Both the position numbers and the translations under genes were made by a program. This document shows positions 45,917 to 55,876 of a stretch of 64,000 nucleotides of DNA, piece after piece; within the stretch, counting starts at the first letter, position 1; the number at the start of each line of letters is the position of its first letter. The notes below the pieces were generated by a model. It worked only from the letters and a program-made list of their open reading frames with translations, did no database searches and was not told the DNA's origin. The stretch is from positions 64,001 through 128,000 of IMG/VR virus record IMGVR_UViG_3300009506_000019; one strand, 5' to 3'. The DNA comes from a virus.

Positions 45917-48751
45917 CTACACGTTCACAATTGAATCCCCAATGACTACGACTGGCCTAACTGTGAAGTTAGATATTTTGGTGTTAATGCTTCTGTCTGT
46001 AATGGTCTTGTTGTAGAATCGAAGGATTCCAGGACCATCTTTCAAAGATGTGTTGATTAGGTTCACACCATCAATGTAGATTTTTATTTGCTTGCCAGCT
46101 CTCAGCATTCTGATGGAGAATTGGCTTTTCTGGGTATTGATGAGCTTTTTGTTGATGGTAGGAATCCCACTGTTGGTGAGCAAGGCCCTAAAATAGGCCC
46201 TGTTCACAATGTCTGCTACCATTTCTATGGCGAGCACAACACCATTTGCTCGCATTTCCATAGCAGCAAGAATTACTTCACTTTGTGGTGGGCTAGATAC
46301 TATATTGGCATCCACCTCAAAATCAATTGATATGTCAGCGCCACTTGGCAGATCTCCACTATAACTTCTGAGCATCCTGGCCATAGCAGACCCAATGCCA
46401 GTTGTTGATAGAGTAAGAATTCCACTTTTAACATTGATTCCAGCAGCGCCTGTTGATTCGTCATTTACACCATCATCAACAAACAACAATTCACTACCAG
46501 CACCGATATCGATATCGCTGGCAAATTCCACCTTAAATGTTTCACCACCAGACAACTCATCAGAGGTTGGTAGAATATTAGAAATCTGTGGAAATGGATA
46601 ATATGCGTCTGGGTTCTCGTCCAGCAGCATCTTGCAACTTTTTATTACAATGGCTTTGTCACCAGACACAATACTTCCTAATTCAATACTATCGACCGCA
46701 GCTGGAACAACAGAGGATGGGCCACCTGTTTGTTTTAATAGATATGGGTCCACAAAGTCTTCTTTGCCAGAATATAATCTGGCTACTAGATTGTCTTGTG
46801 TTCCCTTTATGGATAACCTGAAGAACAGGCTGTCTCCTTTAATGCTGGGTCTGAAGTCATATGGTGGAGAATTCACAATGTCATCTAACCACACTTCATG
46901 TGTGGAAAAATCAACAGATACTGATGCCACTCCTTGTTCCCCACGTAATAATCTTAATACTTTTGTCTTCCCAACAACCGCTCCAGCAGACACCACAACA
47001 TCGAAAAGAACACCAGTTTCGAAATCAAGACCGGCAGCATTCTTTCTGATAAAGCTAGTACCAGCAGCGTTTGGAACGGTAGTCATTCCACCAACGCCAA
47101 ACGTTGGTGTAGAACCTGTACCTGATGTCTGAATGGTAAAATCAGACGGCAAACTTGAAAGATCAACTTCTTCCGTATACACTGCCGGGAAGATAAATTG
47201 GAAAGTTTGTGGTACGAAAGAATAGATGAATGCGTATGGTGTAGTTTCAAAGGTGTAATTCACCTGAGGCATCGTTGTGCCTTGCAGGTCATTGTCGGCA
47301 TCTATTCGAACAGCGATTACTTGACTAGTTTGAAGAGGATCTTCTGGTACAATGGTAACATCATAACCACTGCCATCACCAATCGGCGCGACCACTGAAC
47401 CAGGACCACTATATCCAGCCTGGAAAATACCACCAATAATAGCTGCCTCGTACCCACTTCCTTGATCGATGCTTACATCGATAGTTGCAACATCAACACC
47501 ACCAATGGGATTCGACGCAACCCTAAACTTTATCTGTGTTCCTATGCCAACGTCTGTTTCCCCCGGCGCAGGATCTTGATTAGATACTGCTGGTTCTTCA
47601 TATTCAAGATATGATTCATTATTGAACTCAAGCAAACAACATTCGCGAACAGTTGCCGCTTGTGCTAGAGATTGTGACCAAAGATTAGATAAAGTGCTAG
47701 AACTGGAACCTTGTCTTGCACCATGCATGATGGCGTCTGGAACACTAGAGATTCCAGGATTTTGTGTGGCTGGAGCAAACTTATTTCCAGGACCAAAACT
47801 GATAATAGTACCAGTGCCGCTTCTATATGTTTGAAGGTTCCACTGCTGAGCGTCATCCAACGCATCACATGCAACACGAGCAAATATGGCATTCCAACCA
47901 TACAAGTAAGGAGTTGTAATTTCGTTTACGGTATGAGTCGATGTGTCTGAATATACTGTGTTCAACACAGCCTGGTCATACTTATGGCCACCAAACGTAT
48001 TCAAACGAACAATGAAAATGTTCGAATATCTATGATCCCACGCATTAGCACCAATAAACTCTGTTCTGATAGTGAGTGGGGTAGCTGCTGGTGCTGGTAG
48101 CACCCACAAACCGTTCATTGTGTAAGACAGATTCGGGTTAGCAGCACCATTATATACATCTCTCTGCATTTCACAGAGCTGTTGTGCGTTGGTCACATCA
48201 TAGACACGCATTCCACCGTACGTGCCCTTTGTGCTTCCAGATGGGTTGTCAATTGCCCCAAAAGCAAAGACTGCATAGTCGCTCGTACCATCAGGCGTAA
48301 AGGTTATCGAAGCACCAGGATTATCTGTATATGTGTTGTTGAGATCAGCCTTTGGTGTGGAGTTTTCATTGAAGAAGTAATCGTAACCTTCAGCTAGATA
48401 CTCCAGATCAATTGCAATGGCTCTAACGAAATTTGTTTGAGCATTGGTACCAGAATGCTCTCTTCCTACAATGCCAATATATGTATCTGAAACAGGAGTG
48501 AATATGCCCTGGCCATAGAAGTTGTGAGCGCTATCGTCATGTTGCCATCGTCCCTTAAATCTTGGATCTATGGCACCATCAACTTTCCAATCAATACTAA
48601 AATCAGTACCACCAAATCCGTAGGCGTGAGCATTCCATACGATGAAATATTTCTGACCCAATACCAGTGTAGTGATGTTGATAGTTTGGTCGGAACTAGT
48701 CCAACCAATACTAGAAAGCGAACTGTATCTAAAATCGATTATGCCAGCCAT
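45917..48751 (-). CDS. Putative multi-domain virion protein with Ig-like domain
   Basis: P.VSNQDPAPGETDV...YTFETT Ig-like segment. Confidence 0.6.
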   Translation of the reverse strand: MAGIIDFRYSSLSSIGWTSSDQTINITTLVLGQKYFIVWNAHAYGFGGTDFSIDWKVDGAIDPRFKGRWQHDDSAHNFYGQGIFTPVSDTYIGIVGREHSGTNAQTNFVRAIAIDLEYLAEGYDYFFNENSTPKADLNNTYTDNPGASITFTPDGTSDYAVFAFGAIDNPSGSTKGTYGGMRVYDVTNAQQLCEMQRDVYNGAANPNLSYTMNGLWVLPAPAATPLTIRTEFIGANAWDHRYSNIFIVRLNTFGGHKYDQAVLNTVYSDTSTHTVNEITTPYLYGWNAIFARVACDALDDAQQWNLQTYRSGTGTIISFGPGNKFAPATQNPGISSVPDAIMHGARQGSSSSTLSNLWSQSLAQAATVRECCLLEFNNESYLEYEEPAVSNQDPAPGETDVGIGTQIKFRVASNPIGGVDVATIDVSIDQGSGYEAAIIGGIFQAGYSGPGSVVAPIGDGSGYDVTIVPEDPLQTSQVIAVRIDADNDLQGTTMPQVNYTFETTPYAFIYSFVPQTFQFIFPAVYTEEVDLSSLPSDFTIQTSGTGSTPTFGVGGMTTVPNAAGTSFIRKNAAGLDFETGVLFDVVVSAGAVVGKTKVLRLLRGEQGVASVSVDFSTHEVWLDDIVNSPPYDFRPSIKGDSLFFRLSIKGTQDNLVARLYSGKEDFVDPYLLKQTGGPSSVVPAAVDSIELGSIVSGDKAIVIKSCKMLLDENPDAYYPFPQISNILPTSDELSGGETFKVEFASDIDIGAGSELLFVDDGVNDESTGAAGINVKSGILTLSTTGIGSAMARMLRSYSGDLPSGADISIDFEVDANIVSSPPQSEVILAAMEMRANGVVLAIEMVADIVNRAYFRALLTNSGIPTINKKLINTQKSQFSIRMLRAGKQIKIYIDGVNLINTSLKDGPGILRFYNKTITDRSINTKISNFTVRPVVVIGDSIVNV

Positions 48752-49071
48752 TATACCAAGTCCACGTTTACACCCACTGTGATTCTTTGCCCTTGTGGGT
48801 ATTCAGGTTCATCGGATGGCCTAATGATCACAACAGTGACATCTGATAAATCTTGAGCACCAGAATTGTCAATATACTCACCATCGAAACCATTCGAAAA
48901 CACACCACCAATAATTGGCTCCTCTACCAAGACACCATTGTCAAGAATGACATTCAGGCTGCTCAAATCAAGAGAGCCCACAGTCTTGATCATTCTAAAC
49001 ACAACTTCTGCGTTCAGAGGAACGTTTATGTCTCCATCTCCGGGAGACACTGCTGAGAACAATACAGACAT
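48751..49071 (-). CDS. Small Ig-like protein
   Basis: VSPGDGDINVPLNAEVVF motif. Confidence 0.55.
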   Translation of the reverse strand: MSVLFSAVSPGDGDINVPLNAEVVFRMIKTVGSLDLSSLNVILDNGVLVEEPIIGGVFSNGFDGEYIDNSGAQDLSDVTVVIIRPSDEPEYPQGQRITVGVNVDLV

Positions 49072-50477
49072 TACGCCACCAACGTTATATCACCAGAGGC
49101 GATTCTTGCAAATTCGTTTTTGTCAATTTCAATGTCGGCGTTTGCTGTTCCCCCAACCCTGTCAAGTACCTGGAAGACAAAGTTGTCAACACCAGATATA
49201 TTTCGCACTACAGCTTGAATGTCGCTCTTTTCAACGGCTTCACCCAATCCAAGGCTGTTGATGTAGTCAATGACAGCATCCACAACTGTTGACTGGATAG
49301 TAGTAAAGGAGAACCCAGGTAGAACTACCAACCTTGCTGTCAAGGTTGTATCTACCTGTGTGCCTGTTCTAATAAGCGGGTCTTGCCCACCAACATTTGT
49401 GTCCGCACTGTCCAATGCTGCTTGGATGTTTGCTACCAGAACATCTTGTTGATAGTCGATATTGATTGAGCTTCCGATGGCAGGTGTGGTACCAGACGGC
49501 AAAAAGCGAATGCCGTCCTCTGCACGAACACTGTTGGCTACACCGGTTGTATCCTTCACGAATTCATAATCTACCCCAAGGGTATATCCAGGAACATTTA
49601 CTATATTCTGTACAGGTTGATTATCTAGCACAATAAGCTGACCAATACCTAGGAATTCAGCTTCATCAGATCTGGTCAGGTTCTGTGATCCAGTAATAAA
49701 CACATCGATTGCGCCAGAGTCTTCACCAGATCTGGTAATCAAAGGATCACCAGCAAACACAACCAACACATCACCAGCGTCTTGAAAACGACTCTTAATG
49801 AATAAACGCAAGCCATTTTGTACACCAAGCTGAGATCCCACAATAGAGATGGAATATCTCTCCAACAAGTCTGCGTTGGTCTCTCTATCAGTGACGATTG
49901 AAGATCTGCTTTTATTTTCCACCGAATCGAAGCCAGACAACGGACGAAGTGGTCTATTAATCTTTCCAGGACCAACCTCACCAATCTTCCCGGAAGTGGT
50001 GGCTTGTACAGCCACTTCAAGCTCATACCGTTCTGTTTCGAGGTTGTAGTAAGAGGCAGCCGATGCCACAGGCATCGTTTTTGATTCTGTGGTTACAAAC
50101 ACAACAGTCTCACCAGTCTCTTCGTCTGGCGTGGTTGCGATCGGAAAGTTCTTCTGAACAGTAGTATCAATTTGAGGAGCAGTTGCTCTAGAAAATATAA
50201 CTGTAGTGCTGGAACGACCGCCCTCGTTTCGAGTCAAAAACTCATTGTACACAAATGCTTCGACATCGATATCATCAAATTCTTCTTGTCCTTCTAATAG
50301 AATCAGCTGCGATACATTTCTGATTCTGTCATTCTGATTTTCAAGCACCAATGCGGTGGGTTGAACAACGATGTCCGGAATTGGGCCAATTTCAGTGTCA
50401 TGACCCTCGTTTCGGTCTTGTATGCCAACATTCAGATCGTTAGCAAACTGATCCGCTGTAATTTTTGGTACAGGCAT
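49071..50477 (-). CDS. Baseplate J-like wedge protein
   Basis: VQATTSGKIGEVGPGKI, DRETNADLLERY, YINSLGLGE...ISGVDN motifs. Confidence 0.85.
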   Translation of the reverse strand: MPVPKITADQFANDLNVGIQDRNEGHDTEIGPIPDIVVQPTALVLENQNDRIRNVSQLILLEGQEEFDDIDVEAFVYNEFLTRNEGGRSSTTVIFSRATAPQIDTTVQKNFPIATTPDEETGETVVFVTTESKTMPVASAASYYNLETERYELEVAVQATTSGKIGEVGPGKINRPLRPLSGFDSVENKSRSSIVTDRETNADLLERYSISIVGSQLGVQNGLRLFIKSRFQDAGDVLVVFAGDPLITRSGEDSGAIDVFITGSQNLTRSDEAEFLGIGQLIVLDNQPVQNIVNVPGYTLGVDYEFVKDTTGVANSVRAEDGIRFLPSGTTPAIGSSINIDYQQDVLVANIQAALDSADTNVGGQDPLIRTGTQVDTTLTARLVVLPGFSFTTIQSTVVDAVIDYINSLGLGEAVEKSDIQAVVRNISGVDNFVFQVLDRVGGTANADIEIDKNEFARIASGDITLVA

Positions 50478-50480
50478 CGC

Positions 50481-50921
50481 TTACCCCACTACTCCCGATA
50501 TTTCAGTGTTCCCTTTATCGGCAGTTCTAACACCAAGCCTAAAACGAAAATCGGTCTTATTACCTTCTGGTATGATTTGCAATCTAGATATAGAATAAAA
50601 TCGTTCGCTTCTTGGCCTGATGGCTGGTCTTTTGTTCTGCTGTTTCAGCATGAAAGAAAACATACCTCTTATTTGTCTGTTAATCAATATAGAAATAGTT
50701 GCACTGCCGAATTGAGGCACAGTGCCAACCAAGTTCTGAAGTGCAGCTGTGGTGCCATTACGTACACGCTCGAGAGACAACCCACGTCTCAAATCTTGTA
50801 GTGTCTTCTCCCTCGATTTTGCCTTGTCCTCTTCGTTGACAGGATTCCCAATCAACTTTGGTCTACCATTGCTGGCATTCACGACCACATCACCATTTGA
50901 TATTTTCAGTGTAGTGGCCAT
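50481..50921 (-). CDS. Putative gp25/gpW-like baseplate (sheath initiator) protein
   Basis: LKISNGDVV N-terminus; position immediately upstream of baseplate J. Confidence 0.55.
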   Translation of the reverse strand: MATTLKISNGDVVVNASNGRPKLIGNPVNEEDKAKSREKTLQDLRRGLSLERVRNGTTAALQNLVGTVPQFGSATISILINRQIRGMFSFMLKQQNKRPAIRPRSERFYSISRLQIIPEGNKTDFRFRLGVRTADKGNTEISGVVG

Positions 50922-50923
50922 GA

Positions 50924-51376
50924 TCAACCTCCGGACAAACAAGCATCTATAATTGTAGAGATGTTTGTAAACTGGTCAATTGCCGCGTTCAATTCGTTCA
51001 CGATTGCATTCAATTCATCCCTATAACTGAGAAGTCGAGTCAACTCAAATAATAAATCATTGGTTGTGCTCAACGCAACATCAATCGATTGCTGTAGATT
51101 TAGATTAAAAAAGCCAAGATCAACACATTGACTGATTTGATTCAACGGGATCAGATATGCGGATTGTTTTACTTCTTCAACCACAGCATTCGCTGCTTGT
51201 TGGACCGCTTGAACCGGCAGAGCCAGAATATCATACTGAAGAAGCTGCGTCTGGAACACAACAATTTGAGCTTCCAGAATAGCAACTTGACCATCTATCA
51301 GAGCTTGGATACTTCGCAGCGCAGAATCCGATAAGGAGCAAAGTATCTGTTTAACACATGGATTCAGTTCTGCCAT
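50924..51376 (-). CDS. Hypothetical helical protein
   Basis: Operon spacing; heptad-like pattern. Confidence 0.6.
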   Translation of the reverse strand: MAELNPCVKQILCSLSDSALRSIQALIDGQVAILEAQIVVFQTQLLQYDILALPVQAVQQAANAVVEEVKQSAYLIPLNQISQCVDLGFFNLNLQQSIDVALSTTNDLLFELTRLLSYRDELNAIVNELNAAIDQFTNISTIIDACLSGG

Positions 51377-51383
51377 AAGTCAC

Positions 51384-51884
51384 TCACGTGATTGGTACTG
51401 TGCCACCAACAGAAAGCACCCACAATCCACCTGTTGCGTTAGCTCCACCAAGAGCCGCTGCTGTTGCGGTAGCAGCCTGTGCTCTTGTTGTAGTGGGGAG
51501 TATGTTTGTTGGAAATACAGAAGGCAGAACCACAGCCGCAATAGTTGCTACGGCTGGTGGTGGTGTTGCAGAAGCTGCTCCAGCATACAAAGAAGCAGCT
51601 GCTGCTGAAATTCCCACCCACGCCTGCACAAAACCTGCTTGTAACTTTAACGGTCCTTGAGGGGGAGGAGGTGGCGGATCTCCACCAGGATCTGATAATC
51701 CAACCATTGCTGTCTTGATGGCCCCTTCAAGACCCTGAATAATACTATCTGTTCCAGGTAATCGATCCATTCCAAGGAAAAAGGCAATCATCGCAGCAGC
51801 CCATGCATCAATGGCTTCTTGCTCAGTGCCATATTCACCGAGTAGAGGATCTTCAAGTTCTGTTATGGTACTAGCCATTGGCAT
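51384..51884 (-). CDS. Hypothetical Ala/Pro-rich protein downstream of spike
   Basis: Start reassigned to ATG 51884 (or 51878) after the spike gene stop. Confidence 0.55.
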   Translation of the reverse strand: MPMASTITELEDPLLGEYGTEQEAIDAWAAAMIAFFLGMDRLPGTDSIIQGLEGAIKTAMVGLSDPGGDPPPPPPQGPLKLQAGFVQAWVGISAAAASLYAGAASATPPPAVATIAAVVLPSVFPTNILPTTTRAQAATATAAALGGANATGGLWVLSVGGTVPIT

Positions 51885-51888
51885 TTTA

Positions 51889-53040
51889 CTATCCGTCCGG
51901 GATGTTGAGTTTTGTAGAATTAATAGCCGAATCCCAATCCGGCATCTGCACCAACACCGATGGTGTTCCACTAGGACCAACACCAGTAGGATGAACATGT
52001 GTATCAAACGTATTCATCTTTGTTTGAAGTTGTCCCCACAAAGCCTGCAGATGATCCGCGATGGCAACCGCAACCTCCGGTGCTCCTGTTAGAGAAATGT
52101 AGAATTGCCCAGACGCGCCATCGATATCAACACTTGTCTGGTCTGTCTTCCATTGAACATAGGTTGCTGGCTGAGACTGCTCTATGTTTACATTCCCAAG
52201 ATTATCAATCAATAAACTGAATACTTCGAGAGCATCTGCGCCATCACCCAAGCTAATCTTGCCCCTGAGCGGAAAACCAGAAGGCCCAAGTTCTGGTATA
52301 TTTGTGCTATCCAAGATGTCGCCAAAATGAATCTTGGCTCGAGATTGTACGCTTGGCGTACCGGTCGGCAATGGGAAGTTAACATCAACTAAAAATTCTT
52401 TGTATATGCCACTGCTTGCGGGGGTTTCATCTTGATCCGTTGGTACTTTCTTTCGAAATACGGTGCCAAACCGCATTTCAGCTGTCTCGGACGAATAGTG
52501 ATACTCAGAAGCTTTGGATTCTAACCGATATGCTTGCTTATTGAGCTTAATAAACGCTTGGCCTCCGGAGAGATAGAGAGTTCCTTGATTTGATCCATGG
52601 ATATATGCGTCACCACTCGATTTGAAGTCAAATTCACCAGGACGCAATTCCCTGAACACGGCAAACCCAGCAATCCCATCATCGGCAAATTTCTTGAGTT
52701 GCTGCCACCCCTCTTGCGGTAATTCTTCCCCACTGGCATTTATGTCGTATCCCATGATAATGGGAGAGTCATCATTTCTGTAAGCAACATGCACGTTCTC
52801 CCCGCCAAAGGGCATATACCTGCCCCATGCAGATTGCCTTCCCTTACCAGAAAACCACAATGGTGGCACGGTTATATTTCTAGTGCCATGCACCTCTAAT
52901 GTGTTTACCTGGCCTTTTCCATTTGGTGGATCAATAGAGGCCAACTTCCCACGCACAATGCGTGACAAGTAGCGAGCGCCATCTCTGGTACCCATGTAAC
53001 CAGTAGAATCTTCGCCTGGATATGAGTCTCTTCCTGCCAT
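51889..53040 (-). CDS. Baseplate central spike (gpV/gp5-like)
   Basis: N-terminal OB-fold-like segment (RG.LASID...MPFGGENVHV), C-terminal THVHP...GPSGTP apex motif. Confidence 0.75.
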   Translation of the reverse strand: MAGRDSYPGEDSTGYMGTRDGARYLSRIVRGKLASIDPPNGKGQVNTLEVHGTRNITVPPLWFSGKGRQSAWGRYMPFGGENVHVAYRNDDSPIIMGYDINASGEELPQEGWQQLKKFADDGIAGFAVFRELRPGEFDFKSSGDAYIHGSNQGTLYLSGGQAFIKLNKQAYRLESKASEYHYSSETAEMRFGTVFRKKVPTDQDETPASSGIYKEFLVDVNFPLPTGTPSVQSRAKIHFGDILDSTNIPELGPSGFPLRGKISLGDGADALEVFSLLIDNLGNVNIEQSQPATYVQWKTDQTSVDIDGASGQFYISLTGAPEVAVAIADHLQALWGQLQTKMNTFDTHVHPTGVGPSGTPSVLVQMPDWDSAINSTKLNIPDG

Positions 53041-55115
53041 TATCCCGCACTCGGAGTAGCTGTGTTGTTTCCAGAATCAGCATCCACCAGCTTAAACAAC
53101 AACTTGTAGTTCAATGGTCTGCTTGGTAGTCCTCCAATCGTTGCGTACACAGGATTACCGCTTTTATCTAGTAATCCATCCCAACCACGAAGATAGCCTA
53201 TATTAATGCGTGTGTCCACGCTGCCACCCATTCCCCACTTAATTGAATGTCTTAGTGAGGATGTGGTTCCTATGCAATTGCGTTGAGTGATAAATATTGG
53301 TCTGTTCAACCACAAACCAAAATTTGGAAGTGCGTTGATACCCATATTTCTGGAATCTGCGTTCATCTTGTTCAGGGTTATATGAGCATATGCATGCGCT
53401 GCCTCTTTGGTGATAATGATACCTTTAGGATCTGTTTGCTCCAGCCTCAGGCCATACAATGGCACAAGATGTTTCAATGTTATGACAGCCCCAGACTGAA
53501 ATTCTTTAGCTAGACCCAATTCAGCATAACCTTGTGCAATGTTGAAATGGCCAACTATTTGCGTTCTGACTTTTTCGTCAGTGATTTGCTTGCTAAAGTT
53601 TATTGTGTCGCGTTTGGTGATGACATACCTACTACCAAATGGCCCACGTGTGTCTGTTTCATTCACCAAAGTGAATAGACGGCCATTGTCTATAGTTACA
53701 AGCTTGGCGCTTTCTTCCAGCGACCAGTCGTCTGGATCAAAATCATACAGAGGAAATTCACAAATCAAATCTCCCTTGGGTGATTCATAAAATACAAATT
53801 CTATCCTCTCAATAGAGTCAAAGATTATACGAAGCCTACTTGAAAATTCTGTCTGCATCGCAGGATTTTTGAGTATATCCCTTAATGTCGCTTCTCTATT
53901 CACAGAAGGATGAAATGACGCTGGCAACAAAAGTAAAAGACGACCACCATCAACAGGAAAGTCTTGTGGATTTTCACCGATAATGGTTATTACTGAGGTT
54001 GGATCTGGTGTACCATCACCATACCTGACAACATCATTCATGTATGGAGTGCTGTCACCATTTTCAATAATCATCTCCTCTATGTCTGTTATTTTGACTT
54101 CATGATCTATGAGCGATTGCCATTGAGATAGATCCTCAATTGGTGTTATGTTTATACCCTTGAGCGCGTCCTCAACTCCACCACTAGAGGTTGGACCGTA
54201 TTCCAAAACAGCTGAACGTTTATAGCTGAAGTTCCCGACACCACCTATTGTGGCCTGCGCCACAGCAGCACCAACGGGGCTATCCCTACGTAGGGAAAAC
54301 TTGTCGTCATTTTCAGGATCGTTACCAAACACTATGAAGAACAGAAGTTCAGGCAACGTTAGATTTGCAAGACCAGAACTCCAGAATGTTCTGACCACAA
54401 CGTCAAGTTCTTCTTGCTTGATAGCGTTGATGTCAATAATACCTGGGTTGAATGTAACACGAGCGTATCTAAATTGCTTGAGGGGGCCTTCTCCGCCAAT
54501 AGTCAAGATTCTTTGATTGTTTTCATCGACATTATCATCGAAATTGCTAACAAAACCAGCAAACATATGATACCAGCGAGTTGGTACATATGGATCTCTG
54601 AAAAAGACACGTATCGGATCGTTTGGGTGAAATATTGGATCTTCAGCTTGGAATGGATACCTAAACGCATCTCCTATCAACGGATTGAGAGATGATTCCT
54701 GACCATCTACTTCTGGAGCTGCGACGTTTGGTACTCTTACTGTTATCTTTCTGCCAACAACTGTTCGTTTTATTTCTGGTGTTATATATTGAACATTGTA
54801 TAAAATCGCATCTTCGATATCTTGTTCATCAACATAGATTTCCGTTAGTTTGTCTGGGTCTTGTCCTGCCTCAACTAACTTACTTATCTTTCTTTGAAAG
54901 GCCAATTGAGTTACATCTGTGAATATAGTAGTAAGATCAGTTGTGGTGTAGACATATTTATCGTCTGGATTTGCGAGTGTGATAGTGCATGTGTTTGGAG
55001 CACGACCTTTGTTCCAATCAACATCTACATCCAACACGTCTTCGGTAACATCAACACCGAAAATAAAAACCCGAAACGCCGGGAAGGCGTGTCTGACTTG
55101 TCCACGTGTTGTCAT
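53040..55115 (-). CDS. Baseplate hub (gp27/gpD-like)
   Basis: Position between tube initiator and spike; FYESPKGDLI, YGLR motifs. Confidence 0.6.
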   Translation of the reverse strand: MTTRGQVRHAFPAFRVFIFGVDVTEDVLDVDVDWNKGRAPNTCTITLANPDDKYVYTTTDLTTIFTDVTQLAFQRKISKLVEAGQDPDKLTEIYVDEQDIEDAILYNVQYITPEIKRTVVGRKITVRVPNVAAPEVDGQESSLNPLIGDAFRYPFQAEDPIFHPNDPIRVFFRDPYVPTRWYHMFAGFVSNFDDNVDENNQRILTIGGEGPLKQFRYARVTFNPGIIDINAIKQEELDVVVRTFWSSGLANLTLPELLFFIVFGNDPENDDKFSLRRDSPVGAAVAQATIGGVGNFSYKRSAVLEYGPTSSGGVEDALKGINITPIEDLSQWQSLIDHEVKITDIEEMIIENGDSTPYMNDVVRYGDGTPDPTSVITIIGENPQDFPVDGGRLLLLLPASFHPSVNREATLRDILKNPAMQTEFSSRLRIIFDSIERIEFVFYESPKGDLICEFPLYDFDPDDWSLEESAKLVTIDNGRLFTLVNETDTRGPFGSRYVITKRDTINFSKQITDEKVRTQIVGHFNIAQGYAELGLAKEFQSGAVITLKHLVPLYGLRLEQTDPKGIIITKEAAHAYAHITLNKMNADSRNMGINALPNFGLWLNRPIFITQRNCIGTTSSLRHSIKWGMGGSVDTRINIGYLRGWDGLLDKSGNPVYATIGGLPSRPLNYKLLFKLVDADSGNNTATPSAG

Positions 55116-55876
55116 GTCTGCCCAGCTGTACGCCTTGTGTCAATGGTTAATTCTTGAATCTGTGTTGGGAGTTCTGACAGCGGCGGTACAACCTCCTGCA
55201 CTGTGAACGACATCGAATAGTCGCGTGTGAACGGCTTGTCTGCATTCTCAGAAAATTCAAGTACATTACTGTAATGACCAATCAGATAGATTTGAACTGG
55301 TATACCAACAGACGCATACATAATCAAAAACTCATTGCGTGTGTTATCATCCAACAACATCGCTTCCCTGGTAAGCGCCCAAAGATTGTGCCAAATGAGT
55401 AACTTTCTGTTGGCTCCGGTGTTATATCCTCCCTGAGTAGAAAACAAACCACGATCGGTGGTTACGTCGCCTCTGATATCGAGATTTCCAGTGTTTCCTC
55501 TGAAGTCCAGAGTGAGGATATCGTTGTTCTCACCCTTTGAATTTGTAAAATGAAAGAATACACTACCTTCTTGTGTGTCTCGCTTGGTAATGCGTTTTGG
55601 CTGACGAAAGTTAATACTGTTGGGATTTACAGCCATCTCTATTGAGATGAGTTCTCCACCAGGAGCTGACAACGGATTGGTAGTAGACAAAAATTCAAGT
55701 GCACTGGCTGTATTTTCGGTTCCGGAAATTCTTGCAGATGGATCAATGCCTCCAGTACGCAATCTCTTCAAAGAAGTAAATGTCATTGGAACACGGTTTG
55801 GGTCCGTGAACGATTTTCCGCCCTCACCAAATATTGTTTGACCGAGGGCAGATGTAAAATCAGGTATAAGCGTCAT
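55112..55876 (-). CDS. Tail tube initiator/baseplate-tube junction-like protein
   Basis: MAVNPNSI...FSENADKPF.RDYSMSFTV; downstream of tape measure. Confidence 0.6.
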   Translation of the reverse strand: MTLIPDFTSALGQTIFGEGGKSFTDPNRVPMTFTSLKRLRTGGIDPSARISGTENTASALEFLSTTNPLSAPGGELISIEMAVNPNSINFRQPKRITKRDTQEGSVFFHFTNSKGENNDILTLDFRGNTGNLDIRGDVTTDRGLFSTQGGYNTGANRKLLIWHNLWALTREAMLLDDNTRNEFLIMYASVGIPVQIYLIGHYSNVLEFSENADKPFTRDYSMSFTVQEVVPPLSELPTQIQELTIDTRRTAGQT